Shown: positions 16,901-30,970 of the stretch, piece after piece
Numbering within the stretch: position 1 is the first letter of the stretch
Layout: every line of letters starts with the position of its first letter
Source: the human T2T-CHM13v2.0 reference genome, Homo sapiens
Length of the DNA stretch: 64,000 nucleotides
Direction: 5' to 3' (one strand)
Assembly (NCBI RefSeq): GCF_009914755.1
Contig: NC_060936.1
The notes under the pieces: model-generated
What the model saw: only the letters and a program-made list of their open reading frames with translations
Told to the model about the DNA's origin: nothing
Databases searched by the model: none
Program-made: the position numbers and the translations under genes

Positions 16901-19900
16901 TTAATGCATTGCTTACTGAGGAAAGAGGAAAAGTGTTGGCAGTTCCTGATGTTTTTCTCCGTCTTGGATATTGTAGGTGTCACTTCCAGGAAAGCCAGAC
17001 AGCCATGGCATGTCAGGAGGGGGGTTGGGTCCCAGGACAAAACCTATGAAGTGAAGATGAACCCACAACATAGGAGTCCTGCAGTGAGCCCAGCCTGCTC
17101 TCCACAGAGATGTGAGCTGCCCTCTCCCAGCCAAGCCCTGGTGTGGGAACAGATGTGAGGAGGCAGGGGCAGGTCCCTGAGATCCCTCCTCTGGGCATAA
17201 TTTGCTGGAGAGGAGATCACAGAGAAAACATCTGCACAGCCTCTGTTATCTCCTTAGGGGAGCGGGAGCCCCCATCACACACACACACACACGCGCACGC
17301 ACACACACGCACACACGATGCTTTTTAGTTTGGGCTTTCCTGACCAGAAAAATTCCTTAACATTGTTTCTTAAACGTTTTAGGCTGTAACCAACAGTCAT
17401 AAAAATGTTTTCTGGTGAGATTCAGTGTACACATACATCTATTGACAATTACACAAGTGTTTCAAGACACTGCTTATAATAAAGCTGCCCAGAAGAGGGC
17501 ACTGGTGGCAAAGCCAGGCCTGAGATTTTTGTCCTTGCTGGAATTTTTGGAGGATTTTAGCTGCGGATCTAGATCCATTAGAAGGTGGTGACATCCATTT
17601 GGTCGGTTATGACTAACCCTTAGAAGAATAGCATAGCGCAGCACAGCACAACAGAAACTATCAGAATGCATCAAATGTCACAAAGGTAAGCACTGTGTTG
17701 GGAAACACTTGTTTCATTGCCAATAGATGTGTGTATCTGGGGGTCACCTTGTGAAACGTCTTATGACTGTGGGTGGCATTTACAGCAGTTTGAGACACAG
17801 TGTTTAGAAGCTTTCCTGAAAAGATGTCAGAGTGAGGAAGGACTAGCCTTGCAGACTTTTGAAGACAGGAAAGGTGTGGCTGGAGGTGGTGGGAGGGGAC
17901 ACCAGGTGCCCCACCCTGAGGAGTGTGGGGAGAGCGGCAGCCAGGCCAGCACAGCATGCGGCTTCCTGGGGTCCAGTGCTTTCTCCTCAGGAACTGGATG
18001 GGAAGAGTAGCAGAAGCACCTCTTTTTCCCCAGCATAGAAAGAAGAATCGAGTGAGTAAGGAAAAGCATGGAAAGAGTCCCAACCAGCGGCGCTTGACAA
18101 ATCACTCAACTGCCCTGTGCCTTCATGTCCCCATCAGCAAAATGGGGCGGTGGGGGTGACAGACCTTCTACTTTTCTGACTAAGTGAAACACAGTCAATA
18201 TAAAAAAGGGAAATACCCAAAGCTCCTTATGAGATAACAGTCTCTAAATTGATTTTTAGGGAATACAAATTAATACCTGACCACCTTCCCTAGAAATCAG
18301 GAAAAGCATATAATTTAACCTATGTTGGTTTTCTAGAGTGCTTGGTGCACCGAGGCACCTGCTAAATCATGCCTTAAGGAGATCCCACAAACTAGTAAAC
18401 TAAGAGGGTCTCAGGAGAGGAAGATAACACAGAGAGTTTCTCATTAATTGCCCTAGAGTGGCGGAACCCCGAAGGGTACAGGCATTCAGAGAAGGTTGAG
18501 GGCAGGGTGACCTTAGTAGGTACCATGCACAGGGTCAAATACTAGCTGGATCTGCAAGAGCCGGGGTGATTTGCATAAGAAGAAAATATAATAGGGAGGC
18601 CTTAGCTAGCTGAGAGTAAGAGCAAGTCTTGAAGGTATAAATACTGCGGTCTGCACTCTACCAGCCTTCCTGCACATCTATAAATCATCCAAGTCTCTGT
18701 GCTGTGCCATGAGCAGGCATGGAGTCACCCTCAGAGGTGTAGGGTGGCACCAGGGACCAGCAAGTCAGTGGTCTCATCTGGGAATGAGGTTGGAATGCAG
18801 CTGTGCTTCTTGAACTGCAGGCTGACCCAGCAGAGATTGTGAATCAAAATTTTAATAAAAATAGAACAGACTAAAGTGGACTGGGACTCACCAGGGTGCA
18901 ATGCATGCACTGAGGGTAAGCAAAGGGCATGAGGCTTCATTCCATCAGGTGTGTCTGTGCGTGATGAGAAGCTGTCAAATCTACTTCTCATCGAGTTTCC
19001 ATCAAAGGCCTGGAAGCCATAGACTAGATGCCCCATGAGGTCCCTCACAGCCCTGCTGTTCACCTACTGAGTGACCGTAGAGTGGTTGTAGGCAGCTGCT
19101 TATGTGCTCTTGCTGATGAGGGGGTGGCAGGGCGGGAGAAATCGGGGGACGGGCATAAGTTTGGGTGAAAGTTGAGGGTCACTGGGGAAAACAGCATCAG
19201 CTCATGCAAACACGGGAGCCAAGGCCATTCCCCAAAAGAACTTCATGGGCCTAGGATTCTTTCCGCTTTCTCAACACCTTTGACCCCAGAGTGCCTTCAC
19301 TGCCCCAAGTCAGAACTGCAGGCTTATGAGACAGGCTGCGGGTGAGGAGCTGGCCATTCCCACTGAGCAGGCCTGGAAGATGCCAGGGGCAGGCCAGAAC
19401 TTCTTGGGTAGGCAACTTCCCCAAACCTGCATGTAAGCACAAAGTGGGCGTCCCTTCACTAAGGATCAGAGCAAAGTGCTTTCTGGGGGTGCAGCTGCCC
19501 CTGTGGGTGGCCACTTCTCAGCCTCCAGGAACAAGCCCCATGAGCTCTCTGTTCCAGGCTCTCCTACCAGGATGACGAAAATCGGCAACTGATGCTCCCA
19601 GAGGAGGACAAGAGGGACATCCGGCAATCTCCAAAGAGGGGTTTCCTCCGCTCTGCCTCACTAGGTAAATGCACTGCTCGCTCTCTGGATGTGGTCGGTG
19701 GTTACTCCCTAGAGAACACTGGTCAGGGATGATTGGGAAATCGTTGTGGCCTGCCTCAAATCAGCCCCACACAGTGGGGGCATTTCCAAAGCAAGGAGAC
19801 AACATTCCAAAGGCAGGGTGTGCAGGGATGAGCCCTGGACACCAGAATACGTCTCAGACGAGGGGAGGGGAAAGGAGGAGTGTCTCGGGCCATAGTTACT

Positions 19901-22740
19901 GCTCCTGGCACCCCACCAGAGTGTGAATTGTCACAGGCCAGCGTCCTGTTTTCCTGCCCTGATCCTGGCTCTCTGGCTGGCTTTGCAGGTCAAAGAGCCT
20001 CCTTCCACCTGGAATGTCTGAAGTGACAGAAGGACCGAGGGGGAGACATCTCTCAGAAGACAGTCCTGCCCTTGCATCTGGTTCATCATCAGGTAGCTCA
20101 CACTTTTGGACAGGCCACTGTCACCTGCCAGCAGGCCAGACAGTCCCCAGGGTGATGGACAAATCCTGAAGACATCAGTGGGTCTTCCCTGTCTCGATGG
20201 CTGGCACGTCCAGGAGTCCAGGAGAAACAGGTCTTTCCATGCCCAAGTTGGTACCTTTTTGGGTGAGAACACTCTGAAAATGAAGACTCTGTAAGTTATT
20301 TTGAGCCACACAAGATCAGAGATAGCCATGTCCAAGCATATTTGTGTCTGTCCACAATTGCAGGCTTTTATTCATTTATTTCCATAATAAAAGTCGTGAG
20401 CTACATGAAGGGTCCAAGGAGACAATTCTCCATAGAGCCTATTTCTACAAAGGAATTACTCATAGCAAGAGTGCTATGTACAGAAGTCATCCAAAGGGAC
20501 GTGTAAAGTAACCAACCTTTGGATGGTTACTTTACACCATCCTTTACAATAGGCCTGACAATACACGCCCACCACTCCTAAAGGCAAAGAAATAGAACAA
20601 ATGTTTAGGAGAAGGATAGAGTGGAACCCTGGTCGTCGGGGTTTTTAACCTCATCAAACCATCATAGAAAAGGTGGCAAAGGAGGATGACGGCATCTCTG
20701 TCCCTAGAGGCCTAGAATAATTAAAATATATTTAGAAACAATTCAGCAAAGAGGCCACAAAAGGGGCCTGCTGATTCCCAGAAGACCTCTTTAAATCCCA
20801 AGGGAGGAAACTACTTGCTGATGGAGCCTGGGCCAATTTTGTTTTTTAAACAAGATCTGCCTCTGAGGCAAATGTCAGCACAGAGAGGACTGGGAGGAGA
20901 ATGGAGGCAAGAAAAGGGCATAGTTTGACTCCCTCTGTGTCTCTTCCCAGTTCATGGAGGGACGTGTTCAGCTCACTCACCTACAGTGACCAGTGTGGTG
21001 GAGCCGCTGACATCTCAAAGATCTATTTGGGAAGGTGAGAAGAGTACTCGTTCCATCTGGGGGTGTTGTCCCAGCCACGTCAGCCTAGCTGGTGGGATGT
21101 GGGGGTGTCTGCCGCCCTGTCCCCCCTCTGCTGATGTCCCTCCCCTCAGGCTGTCCAGGTGCCACCTGACACAGGCTGCTGTGCAAAGGCAGGCGGGGAA
21201 GCCCAAACCTCACTCCCAGGGAGGCCTCAGCCGCCAGAGTCCAGGTTCTCCAGAGGCTACGATTTGAAGAGGTTAAGGGGGAAGATAGGAGGGAAAGAAG
21301 AGTCCTACAACTGTCAGGAATGGGGCACCTTTCCCTGTAACTAAGCAAAGCTCCCTCTTCCCACTGCCCTCCCCAGCCCCAGCTCCCTGTCCTCCCCAAC
21401 ACCTAGTGAGAAAGACGGTGCGTGGAAGGGAGTCCCATGGGCAGATGCTTACACGGCCTCTTTGCGAAGCTTCTTCTGGGTTTAACTTCATTCATCAATT
21501 TATTTTTATGTCAAAGCAATGAAACGTTTCTTTCTGGAGCCAGATACCAATATAACAGGTGAACGGGTTTCTGCCACATCTCTACATTGACGGGGGATGC
21601 TTGAACCACCTCCCCAGGACACACACCGTTAAGGCCCAAGGGCTGGGGTTGAGCTCTAGATAAGGGAATTGCCTACACCTGGAAGGGTGGACACTGCGTA
21701 GACAAACATGGAGGGAGAACCAGAGTGACTTCCTTGTGTAAAAAATTGACTTTCTTGGGGGAGACGAAAACCCAGAAATAATACAAGGTCAACACATGCA
21801 ATACTAAATTCAATACTTACATGCTAGCAATAAATAACTGGAAATTTTAAATGTTGCAAAAATTACATTTATAATACTTCTGAAAAATGAAATTCTTAGG
21901 TATACAAGATTGTCTACTCTGAAAACTTAAAAAGTGCTATAAACAAAATCAAAGAAGGTCTAAATAAATGAAGAGATATTCACGGATGGGAAGATTCAAC
22001 ATAGTAAAAATTTCAATTCTCCCCAGATTGATCTGTAACTTAAATACAAATCCATCAAAATCCTAGCATAGGATATTTTGTCTATATAGACAAACTGATT
22101 TTTAAATTTATATGCAAAAGTGAAGGTAAAAAGATGAATTTAGTTTCATTTAGATGAAAATACTGTGCTACAGTATTTTAAGTCCTACTTTAATGCAAGA
22201 GTAATCACAATCATGTGGTTTATTGAAGGAATGGACACAGAGACCAATGGAACAGAATACAGAGTACAGAAATGAATCTACACAAATATGGCCAAGTGAT
22301 TTCTGACAAAGGTGCAAAAGTAACTCAATAGAGAAAGGGCATTTTTTCCACAAATGCTATGGGAATAATGGAATTTTCATGTGCAAAATTTGAACCTCAA
22401 CCTGAAATTCCTCCTAATATCAAAATTAGTTCCAAAGGGTCACAGATTTAAATGTAACATGCAAGACTATAAAACTTTTAGAAGAAAACATAGGAGAAAT
22501 ATTCAACATCTAGTTCTTAGACATGACACCAAAATAACAATTCATATGTGGAAAAACTTATAACATGGACTTCATCAAAATGTGGGACTCTTGATCTGTG
22601 AAGGATCCTATTAAGAGGATGAAAAGACATGCTACAGACTGAGTGAAAACATCTGCAAGCCATATAGCAGACAAAAGACTTATATCCAGAATCCATGAAG
22701 AACTCTCAAAACTCAACACATTTTAAAAAAAAACAATCTC

Positions 22741-23143
<403 letters not shown>

Positions 23144-23287
23144 TTAGGGGAATGGAAATTCAAGCCACATGAGCTATTGCTATGCCTGTTAGAATGGATA
23201 ACATCAAAAAAAAAAAAAATTAAAACACCAAATGCTAGCAAGAATGCTAAGAAACTGGACAGCTCATGCACCATTTGTGTGACTAGA

Positions 23288-23385
23288 CCTTCCCTTTCTT
23301 CCCTTCCCTTCCTTCCCTTCCTTCCCTTCCCTTCCTTCCCTTCCCTTCCCTTCCCTTCCCTTCCCTTCCCTTCCCTTCCCTTCCC
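23288..23385. repeat. (CTTCC)n simple repeat
   Basis: Polypyrimidine pentamer run; absent at the paralogous site ~40360. Confidence 0.95.
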
Positions 23386-23544
23386 ACAGCCACTGTGGAA
23401 AATATTTTGGCAGTTTCTTATAAAACCAAACATACACTTGCCATGTGACTCAGCAATTGTACTCTTTGGCATTTACCCCAAAGAAGGAAAATTTCTTTCT
23501 CCCTATTTAAGGAAAAGACCACTTAGCGTCTTTGAAGAATGTTC

Positions 23545-26500
23545 TTTTTCTTTTCTTTCTTTCTTTCTTTTTTTTTTTTTAACAGATCTCACTCTGACGC
23601 CCAGGCTGGAGTGCCGTGGTGTGATCTCACTCACTACAACCTCTGCCTCCAGGGTTTGAGTAATTCTCCCATCTCAACCTCCCGAGTAGCTGGGACTACA
23701 GGCATGCTCCACCATGCCTGGCTAATTTTTTTATTATTTTTTTTATTATACTTTAAGTTCTGGAATACATGTGCAGAACGTGCAGGTTTGTTACAAAGGT
23801 ATACACATGCCATGGTGGTTTGCTGCACCCATTAACCTGTCATCTACATTAGGTATTTCTCATAATGGTATCCCTTCTTTAGCTCCCCCACCCCCAGACT
23901 GGCCCCGTGTGTGATGTTCCTCTCCCCGTGTCCATGTGTTCTCATTGTTCAACTCCCGCTTGTGAGTGAGAACATGCGGTGTTTGGTTTTTTGTTCCTGT
24001 GTTAGTTTGCTGAAAATGATGGCTTCCAGCTTCATCCATGTCCCTGCAAAGGACATTAACTCATCCTTTTTTATGGCTACATAGTATTTTAAAGTGTACA
24101 TGTGCCACATTGTCTTTATCCAGTCTATCATACATGGGCATTTGGGTTGGTTCCAAGTCTTTGCTATTGTGAATAGTGCTGCAATAAACATACGTGTGCA
24201 TGTGTCTTTAAAGTAGAATGATTTATAATCCTTTGGGTATATACTCAGTAACGGGATTACTGGGTCAAATGGTATTTCTGGTTCTAGATCCTTGAGGAAT
24301 CGCCACACTGTTTTCCACAATGGTTGAACGAATTTACACTCCCACCAACAGTGTAAAAGTGTTCCTATTTCTCCACATCCTCTCCAGCATCTGTTGTTTC
24401 CTGACTTTTTAATGATCACCACTCTAACTGGAGTGAGATGGTATCTCATTGTGGTTTTGATTTCCATTTATCTAATGGCCCATGATGATGAGCTTTTTTT
24501 CATATGTTTGTTGGCCACATAAATGTCTTCTTTTGAGAACTGTCTATTCATATTCTTCACCCACTTTTTGATGGGGTTATTTGTTTTTTTCTTGTAAATT
24601 TGTTTAAGTTCTTTGTAGATTCTGGATATTAGCCCTTTGTCAGATGGATAGATAGCAAAAATTTTCTCCCATTCTGTAGGTTTCTTGTTCACTCTGATGA
24701 TAGTTTCTTTTGCTGTGCAGAAGCTCTTTAGTTTAATTAGATCCCATTGGTCAATTTTGGCTTTTGTTGCCATTGCTTTTAGTGTTTTAGTCATGAAGTC
24801 TTTGCCCATGCCTATGTCCTTAATGGTATTGCCTAGGTTTTCTTCTATGGTTTTTATAGTTTTAGGTATTAAGTTTAAGTCTTTAATCAGTCTTGAGTTA
24901 ATTTTTGTATAAGGTGTAAGGAAGGGATCCAGTTTCTGTTTTCGGCATAGGGCTAGCCAGTTTTCCCAACATCATTTATTAAATAGTGAATCCTTTCCCC
25001 ATTTCTTGTTTTTGTCAGGTTTCTCAAAGATCAGATGGTTGTAAATGTATGATGTTACTTCTGAGGCCTCTGTTCTGTTCCACTGGTCTATATATCTGTT
25101 TTGGTACCGGTACCATGCTGTTTTGGTTACTGTAGACTTGTAATATAATTTGAAGTCGGGTAGCATGATGCCTCTAGCTTTGTTCTTTTTGCTTAGGATT
25201 GTCTTGGCTATATGGGCTCTTTTTTGGTTCCATATGAAATTTGAAGTAGTTTTTTCTAATTCTGTGAAGAAAGTCAATGGTAGCTTGATGGGGATAGCAT
25301 TGTCTATAAATTACTTTGGGCAGTATGGCCATTTTCACGATATTGATTCCTCCTATCCATGAGCATGGAATGTTTTCCCATTTGTTTGTGTCCTCTCTTA
25401 TTTCCTTGAGCAGTGGTTTGTAGTTCTCCTTGAAGAGGTCCTTCCCATCCCTTGTAAGTTGTATTCGTAGATATTTTATTCTCTTTGTAGCAATTGTGAA
25501 TGGGAATTCACTCATGATTTGGCTCTCTGTTTGTCTATTATTGGTGTATAGGAATGCTTGATTTTTGTACCCTGATTTTGTATGCAGAGATTTTGCTGAA
25601 GTTGCTTATCAGCTTAAGAAGTTTTTGGGCTGAGATGATGGGGGTTTCTAAATATAGAATCATGTCATCTGCAAACAGAGACAATTTGACTTCCTTTCCT
25701 CCCATCTGAATACCCTTTATTTCTTTCTCTTGCCTGATTGCCCTGGCCAGAACTTCCAATACTATCTTGAAAAGGAGTGGTGAGAGAGGGCATCCTTGTC
25801 TTGTGCCAGTTTTCAGAGGGAATGCTTCCAGTTTTTGCCCATTCAGTATGATATTGGCTGTGGGTTTGTCATAAATAGCTCTTAATTATTTTGAGATACA
25901 TTCCATCGATACCTAGTTTATTTAGAGTTTTTAGCATGAAGGGATGTTGAATTTTATCAAAGGCCTTTTCTGCATCTATTGAGATAATCATGTGGCTTTT
26001 GTCATTGGTTCTCTCTATGTGATGGATTACGTTTATTGATTTGCATATGTTGAACCAGCCTTGCATCCCAGGGATGAAGCCAACTTGATCCTGGTGGATA
26101 AGCTTTTTGATGTCCTGCTGGATTCGGTTTGCCAGTATTTTATTGAGGATTTTTGCATCGATGTTCATCAGGGATATTGGCCTGAAATTTTTTTTTTTGT
26201 TGTGTCTCTGCCAGGTTTTGGTATCAGGATGATGCTGGCCTCATAAAATGAGTTAGGGAGGATTCCCTCTTTTTCTATTGTTTGGAATAGTTTCAGAAGG
26301 AATGGTACCAGCTCCTCTTTGTACCTCTGGTAGAATTCAGCTGTGAATCCTTGTGGTCCTGGGCTTTTTTTGATTAGTAGGCTATTAATTACTGCCTCGA
26401 TTTCAGAACTTGATATTCAGAATTTCAGAAGGAATTAGACTTCTTCCTGGTTTAGTCTTGGGAGGGCGTATGCGTCCAGGAATTTATCCATTTCTTCTAG

Positions 26501-28492
26501 ATTTTCTAGTTTATTTGCATAGAGATTTTTATAGTAATATATGATGGTAGTTTGTATTTCTGTGGGATCAGTGGTGATATCCCCTTTATCATTTTTTATT
26601 GTGTCTTTTTTATTCTTCTCTCTTTTCTTCTTTATTAGTCTGGCTAGTGATCTATCTATTTTGTTAACCTTTTCAAAAAACCAGCTCCTGGTGGCTGGCA
26701 AGATGGCAGAATAGAAACAGCTCCGGTTTGCAGCTCCCAGCGACATCAAGGCAGAAGGCTGGTGATTTCTGCATTTCCAACTGAGGTACCTGGCTCATCT
26801 CATTGGGACTGGTTAGACAGTGAGTGCAGCCCCCGGACAGCCAGCCAAAGTAGGGTGGGGCATCGCCTCATCCAGGAAGCTCAAGGGGTCAGGGAACTAC
26901 CTCCCCTAGCCAAGGAAAGCAGTGAGGGACTGTGTCTTGAGGAACAGTGCACTCCAGCCCAGATACTGTGCCTTTCCCACTGTCTTTGCAACCCACAGAG
27001 CAGGAGATTCCCTCGGGTGCCTACGCCACCAGGGCCCAGGGTTTGAAGCACAAAACTGGGCAGCTGTTTGGAGAGACATCGAGTTAGCTGCAGGAGTTTT
27101 TTTTCTTACCCAAGTGGCACCCAGAACGCAAGCGAGACAGAACCGTTCACTTCCCTGGAAAGGGGGCTGAAGCCAGGGAGCCAAGTGGTCTAGCTTAGCA
27201 GATCCCACCTCCATGGAGACCAGCAGGCTAAGGTCCACTGGCTTGAAATTCTCGTTGCCAGAACAGCAGTCTGAAGTCGACCTGGGATGCTTGAGCTTGG
27301 TGGGGGAGGGGTATCCTCTAACCTTTTCTCAGCGTTCTTAGTTTCCTTGCCTCCGCCGCGCTGCAGTGGATTCCACCCAGTTCGAACTTCCCGGAAGCTT
27401 TGTTTACACTGTGTAGAACTCTAGAGCTGTGCTTGGAGATCCGCTGCTCTTTTCCGAGCCAGCAGGCAGGAACATTTAAGTCTGCTGAAGCTGTGCCTAC
27501 AGCCACTCCTCCCCCCAGGTGCTCTGTCCCAGGGAGATGGGAGTTTTATCTATAAGCCCCTGACTGGGGCTGCTGCCTTTCTTTCAAAGATGCCCTGCCC
27601 AGAGAGGAAGAATCTAGAGAGGCAGTCCGGCTACAGTGGCTTTGCCACACTGCAGTGAATTCCACCCAATTCGAACTTCCTGGAAGCCCTGTGAGGTGAA
27701 AACTGCCTACTCAAGCCTCAGTAATGGCAGATACCCCTCCCCCACCAAGCTCAAGCATCCCAGGTCGACTTCAGACTGCTGTTCTGGCAGTGAGAATTTC
27801 AAGCCAGTGGACCTTAGCCTGCTGGTCTCCATGGAGGTGGGATCTGCTAAGCTAGACCACTTGGCTCCCTGGCTTCAGCCCCCTTTCCAGGGAAGTGAAC
27901 GGTTCTGTCTCGCTTGTGTTCCAGGAGCCACTGGGGTATGAAAAAACACTCCTGCAGCTAATTCGGTGTCTGCCCAAATGGTCACCCAGTTTTGTGCTTG
28001 AAAGCCAGGGTACTGGTGGTGTAGGCACCCAAGGGAATCTCCTGGTCAGCAGGTTGTGAAGACTGTGGGAAAGGCATAGTATCTGGGCCGGAGTACACCA
28101 TTTCTGAAGACACAGTCCCCCACGGCTTCCCTTGGCTAGGGCAGGGAGTTCTCCGGCCTCTTGAGCTTCCCAGGTGAGGTGACGCCTCACCCTGCTTCTG
28201 TTCACCCTCCGTTGGCAGCACCCACTGTCTAACCAGTCCCAATGAGATAAGCTGGGTACCTCAGTTGGAAATGCAGAAATCACCTGCCTTCTATGCTGAT
28301 CTCATTGGGAGCTGCAGACCAGAGCTCTTCTTACTCAGCCATCTTGCCCGCAAATAATTTTTTTTTAATTTTTATTAGAGACAGGTTTTCACCATGCTGG
28401 CCAGGCTGGTCTTGAACTCCTGATCTCAGATGATCTGCCTGCCTCAACCTCCCAAACTGCTGGGATTATAGGTGTGAGCCACTGCGCACCTC
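23545..28492 (-). mobile_element. AluJ-like element split by an L1 insertion (arms 23545-23725 and 28355-28492)
   Basis: Right and left arms flank the L1; outer TSD AATGTTC(C)TTTT. Confidence 0.85.
23726..28350 (-). mobile_element. L1PA7/8-like element with both termini; ORF1/EN region largely replaced by an inverted 5'UTR copy (26690-27315, +)
   Basis: 3'UTR at 23726; ORF2 RT and C-terminal fragments 23949-26690; 5' end (GCAAGATGGCTGAG) at ~28350; second 5'UTR start GGCAAGATGGCAGAATAG at 26697 on +; TSD TAATTTTTT. Confidence 0.9.
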
Positions 28493-30149
28493 CAAATGTT
28501 CCTTTTTGATGAGACTTGAGCATTGAGGGAAAATTGTTTTTCTGCTTTTGCCAGACAAGTAAACAAAACAACAACCAAAACAAAACAAAAATGTGAGACT
28601 GAGGGAAGCGCAAATGGGCCATTGAGGAAGTTGGGGTAGAAAACAGCGTCTTTTGGGGGCCTGAATAGAATGTTGTAGGTCTGCCAAGCCAGATCATGTT
28701 AGATCATCACCTCTTCGATTCCATGCTTCTGGTCAACCTACCCTGTGAGCTAACATGCCCTAACCCAACTTCTCTAACTCTACAGCAGATGCAAGAAGAA
28801 AATTAGCTTTTATGGAACACAGGAAATCTTCACAAGTATCCCCCAGACTTAAAACACACATGAAACTATATGAAGATGAGATTCCCAGCTCTACTTTCCC
28901 CTTCCCAATCCCCTTTAGCATAACCATTGTCAAGGCCAGGTGCTGACCAGGTGTGATTTCCTCCAGCTGTTCTTCCCTTTTGTTCCCCATGACCTGTCTA
29001 ACCAGAGAAATACAGCTGACATAGCCACAGCCTTCCAGTACAGAGGAGAGTGCATGCCAGCCCCTTTCATGTCTTCTTCCCATATGCCTAGTTCACAGAC
29101 CTCATGAATGAAGAAAGAGCTTTAGGCCCTAGGTCCTGGGAAGTTAACATTTTTCTCAGGACCCAAGATGAGATTTCAGTGATCAGCAGATAACCAAGAG
29201 GAAATCAGGTTTGCAGCTGCTGGCCTTAACAGGAAGATTTAAACAGTCAGGACATCCAAATACCAACTCCATCCGCCAACTGTCCCCTGTATCATCATTC
29301 CCTTTCCATGATGGCCAATGACCTTGCATGGAAATCCTTCTTGAGTTGAAGGAAAAAGCTATAACCAGACCAAGTCCTCAAGCTATACCTGAGTCCTCCA
29401 TTAGTCTGATGGGATGCTTCCTTGCATGGCTTCAGCTCTGCAGGAATTCAGAAGAAAGGTGCCCCCTCTGGTCAGAGCAGAGAAAGCTTCCCCTAAAGAG
29501 CCACTCCTGGCTGTGATGCCCACTGCAACAGGTAAAGAGCTACACTTTCTCTTCCCCTGCCTCCAGCTCCCCTGCTTTCCCACATCACTCCTGCTTTTCA
29601 GCTATGTCCTCTGCCTCCTGAATTACCCTGTACCCGAGTACCATTCTTCCTGGGCCCCAGCCCTGTTAAAGCCCTTCACATGCCTTTTTCCCAGTCTCCA
29701 TATTTTCATATCTCACTCTCCATTCAAATACTTTTACTACCCAAACTTCCTTCCAAATTTTTCCTAACTTAAAAAAATCTTTCAGTGGTTCTCTTTTCTT
29801 CAGTTTAATCTTCACTCAAACTTCCTGACAGTCTAGTCCCCTTTAAATCCGCCAGTTCTCAACGTCCCCAGTCGCTTAAAACCCATTTATTTCCTCCTTT
29901 GCCCCTACCGATGGTCTGGTTACTCCTTTTTTGCTCCAACATTCTCCAAAACTTTCTCAAGCACAGATATCGTTCCTTCGTCATCCCCAAATCTCCTGTC
30001 ACGCTTTTGTCCCCAAGCGTCTTCTCACCCCTTCACGCCACATCACCCCGGTCCTTTAGACTCCTGCGCATTCTATTTCCCCGTTTCCTTCTCACACCCA
30101 CTTTCTTCCCTGGCTCCCACCACAGCAGTGCCCATCTGCTCCTCCCCGC

Positions 30150-30970
30150 TCACTCAGGTCTCCTGCTCAGGACGCCCTTGCCGAGGGCGCGGGGCATTTG
30201 TACTGAAGAAGGGCTGCAGGAGAGTCGGTGACCCCTCCTTCTACTTGTATGTAGCGGCCCCAAGTGTCCCGGGAGCTGGTGGGGCGCTTGGGCTGTATGA
30301 GCCCGGCAGCCAGGAGGCTGGGGCTGCGCCAGGAGCTGTCCGTGGTGCTTAAGCGGCGTCGCTCGGGCGCGGGGTGTGGCGCGGCGGGTGAGCGCTGTCC
30401 CTGGTCCTGGAGAGGTTCCTGGCCCCCAGTGGCAACGGTGAGAGCAGTGGCCCAGAAGGCCAGTACCGGGAACGACGATGGCGGGCACAAGGGTGGGCTT
30501 GCAGCAGCTGCTGCTGGTGCTCCCACAGGCTGCGGTTCTCCGCGCTCAGCTCATCCAGCCGCCGCTCCTGCTCGTCGATGCGCTGGCGCTGGATGTGGAC
30601 GAGGCTCTGCTGGTTCTGCACGATGGATGGCCCAGAGCCCTTGAGGTACAGCACGGCGCGCACCGGGTTTTCCAGCAGGCTCTCGATGCCACCCACCGCC
30701 GCCTGCGCCCTGCCTGCCCCTGGGCTGGCGCCTGGGAGCGCGAGGGCGCGGGAACCCAGCAGCCCAGCGGTCCTCTCCCACGGGCCCAGCCTCCCTCCCG
30801 CCGCCAGCGCCGCGTCACCGCCACCCCGATTGTCACACACTCACCACGGGGAGAGGCCGCGGCCCAGAGCACCCCTTCCTGTCTCTTGGCGTCCAGAGGA
30901 GGCTCTGCCTCCCGCTGGGCAGAGAGGAGAGGGAGGGGGCCAGCGAGAGGGAGCCTGTGTCGGGGCGTGG
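30150..30970. promoter_or_regulatory. CpG island (duplicated IQSEC3 promoter/exon 1)
   Basis: GC-rich and CpG-dense relative to the CpG-depleted flanks. Confidence 0.75.
30154..30687 (-). pseudogene. IQSEC3P1: Unprocessed pseudogene copy of IQSEC3 first coding exon
   Basis: [23 protein letters not shown]...[18 protein letters not shown] / [18 protein letters not shown] / HHGQLL...ALGKGVLSRRPE, spread over frameshifted frames. ATG mutated to ATC (30685-30687); GTGAG donor retained at 30153. Symbol assigned from recalled locus order. Confidence 0.9.

Noticed and set aside
16313-17158. Cys/His/Thr-rich ORFs resembling metallothionein or zinc-finger proteins
   Set aside because: Translations of the (TG)n-type satellite in all six frames
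19931-20335. 134-aa minus-strand ORF
   Set aside because: No recognisable domain or homology; could be non-coding or lncRNA sequence
23949-26749. Reverse-transcriptase-like ORFs as a functional gene
   Set aside because: Fragmented L1 ORF2 with stops and frameshifts; EN and ORF1 are missing
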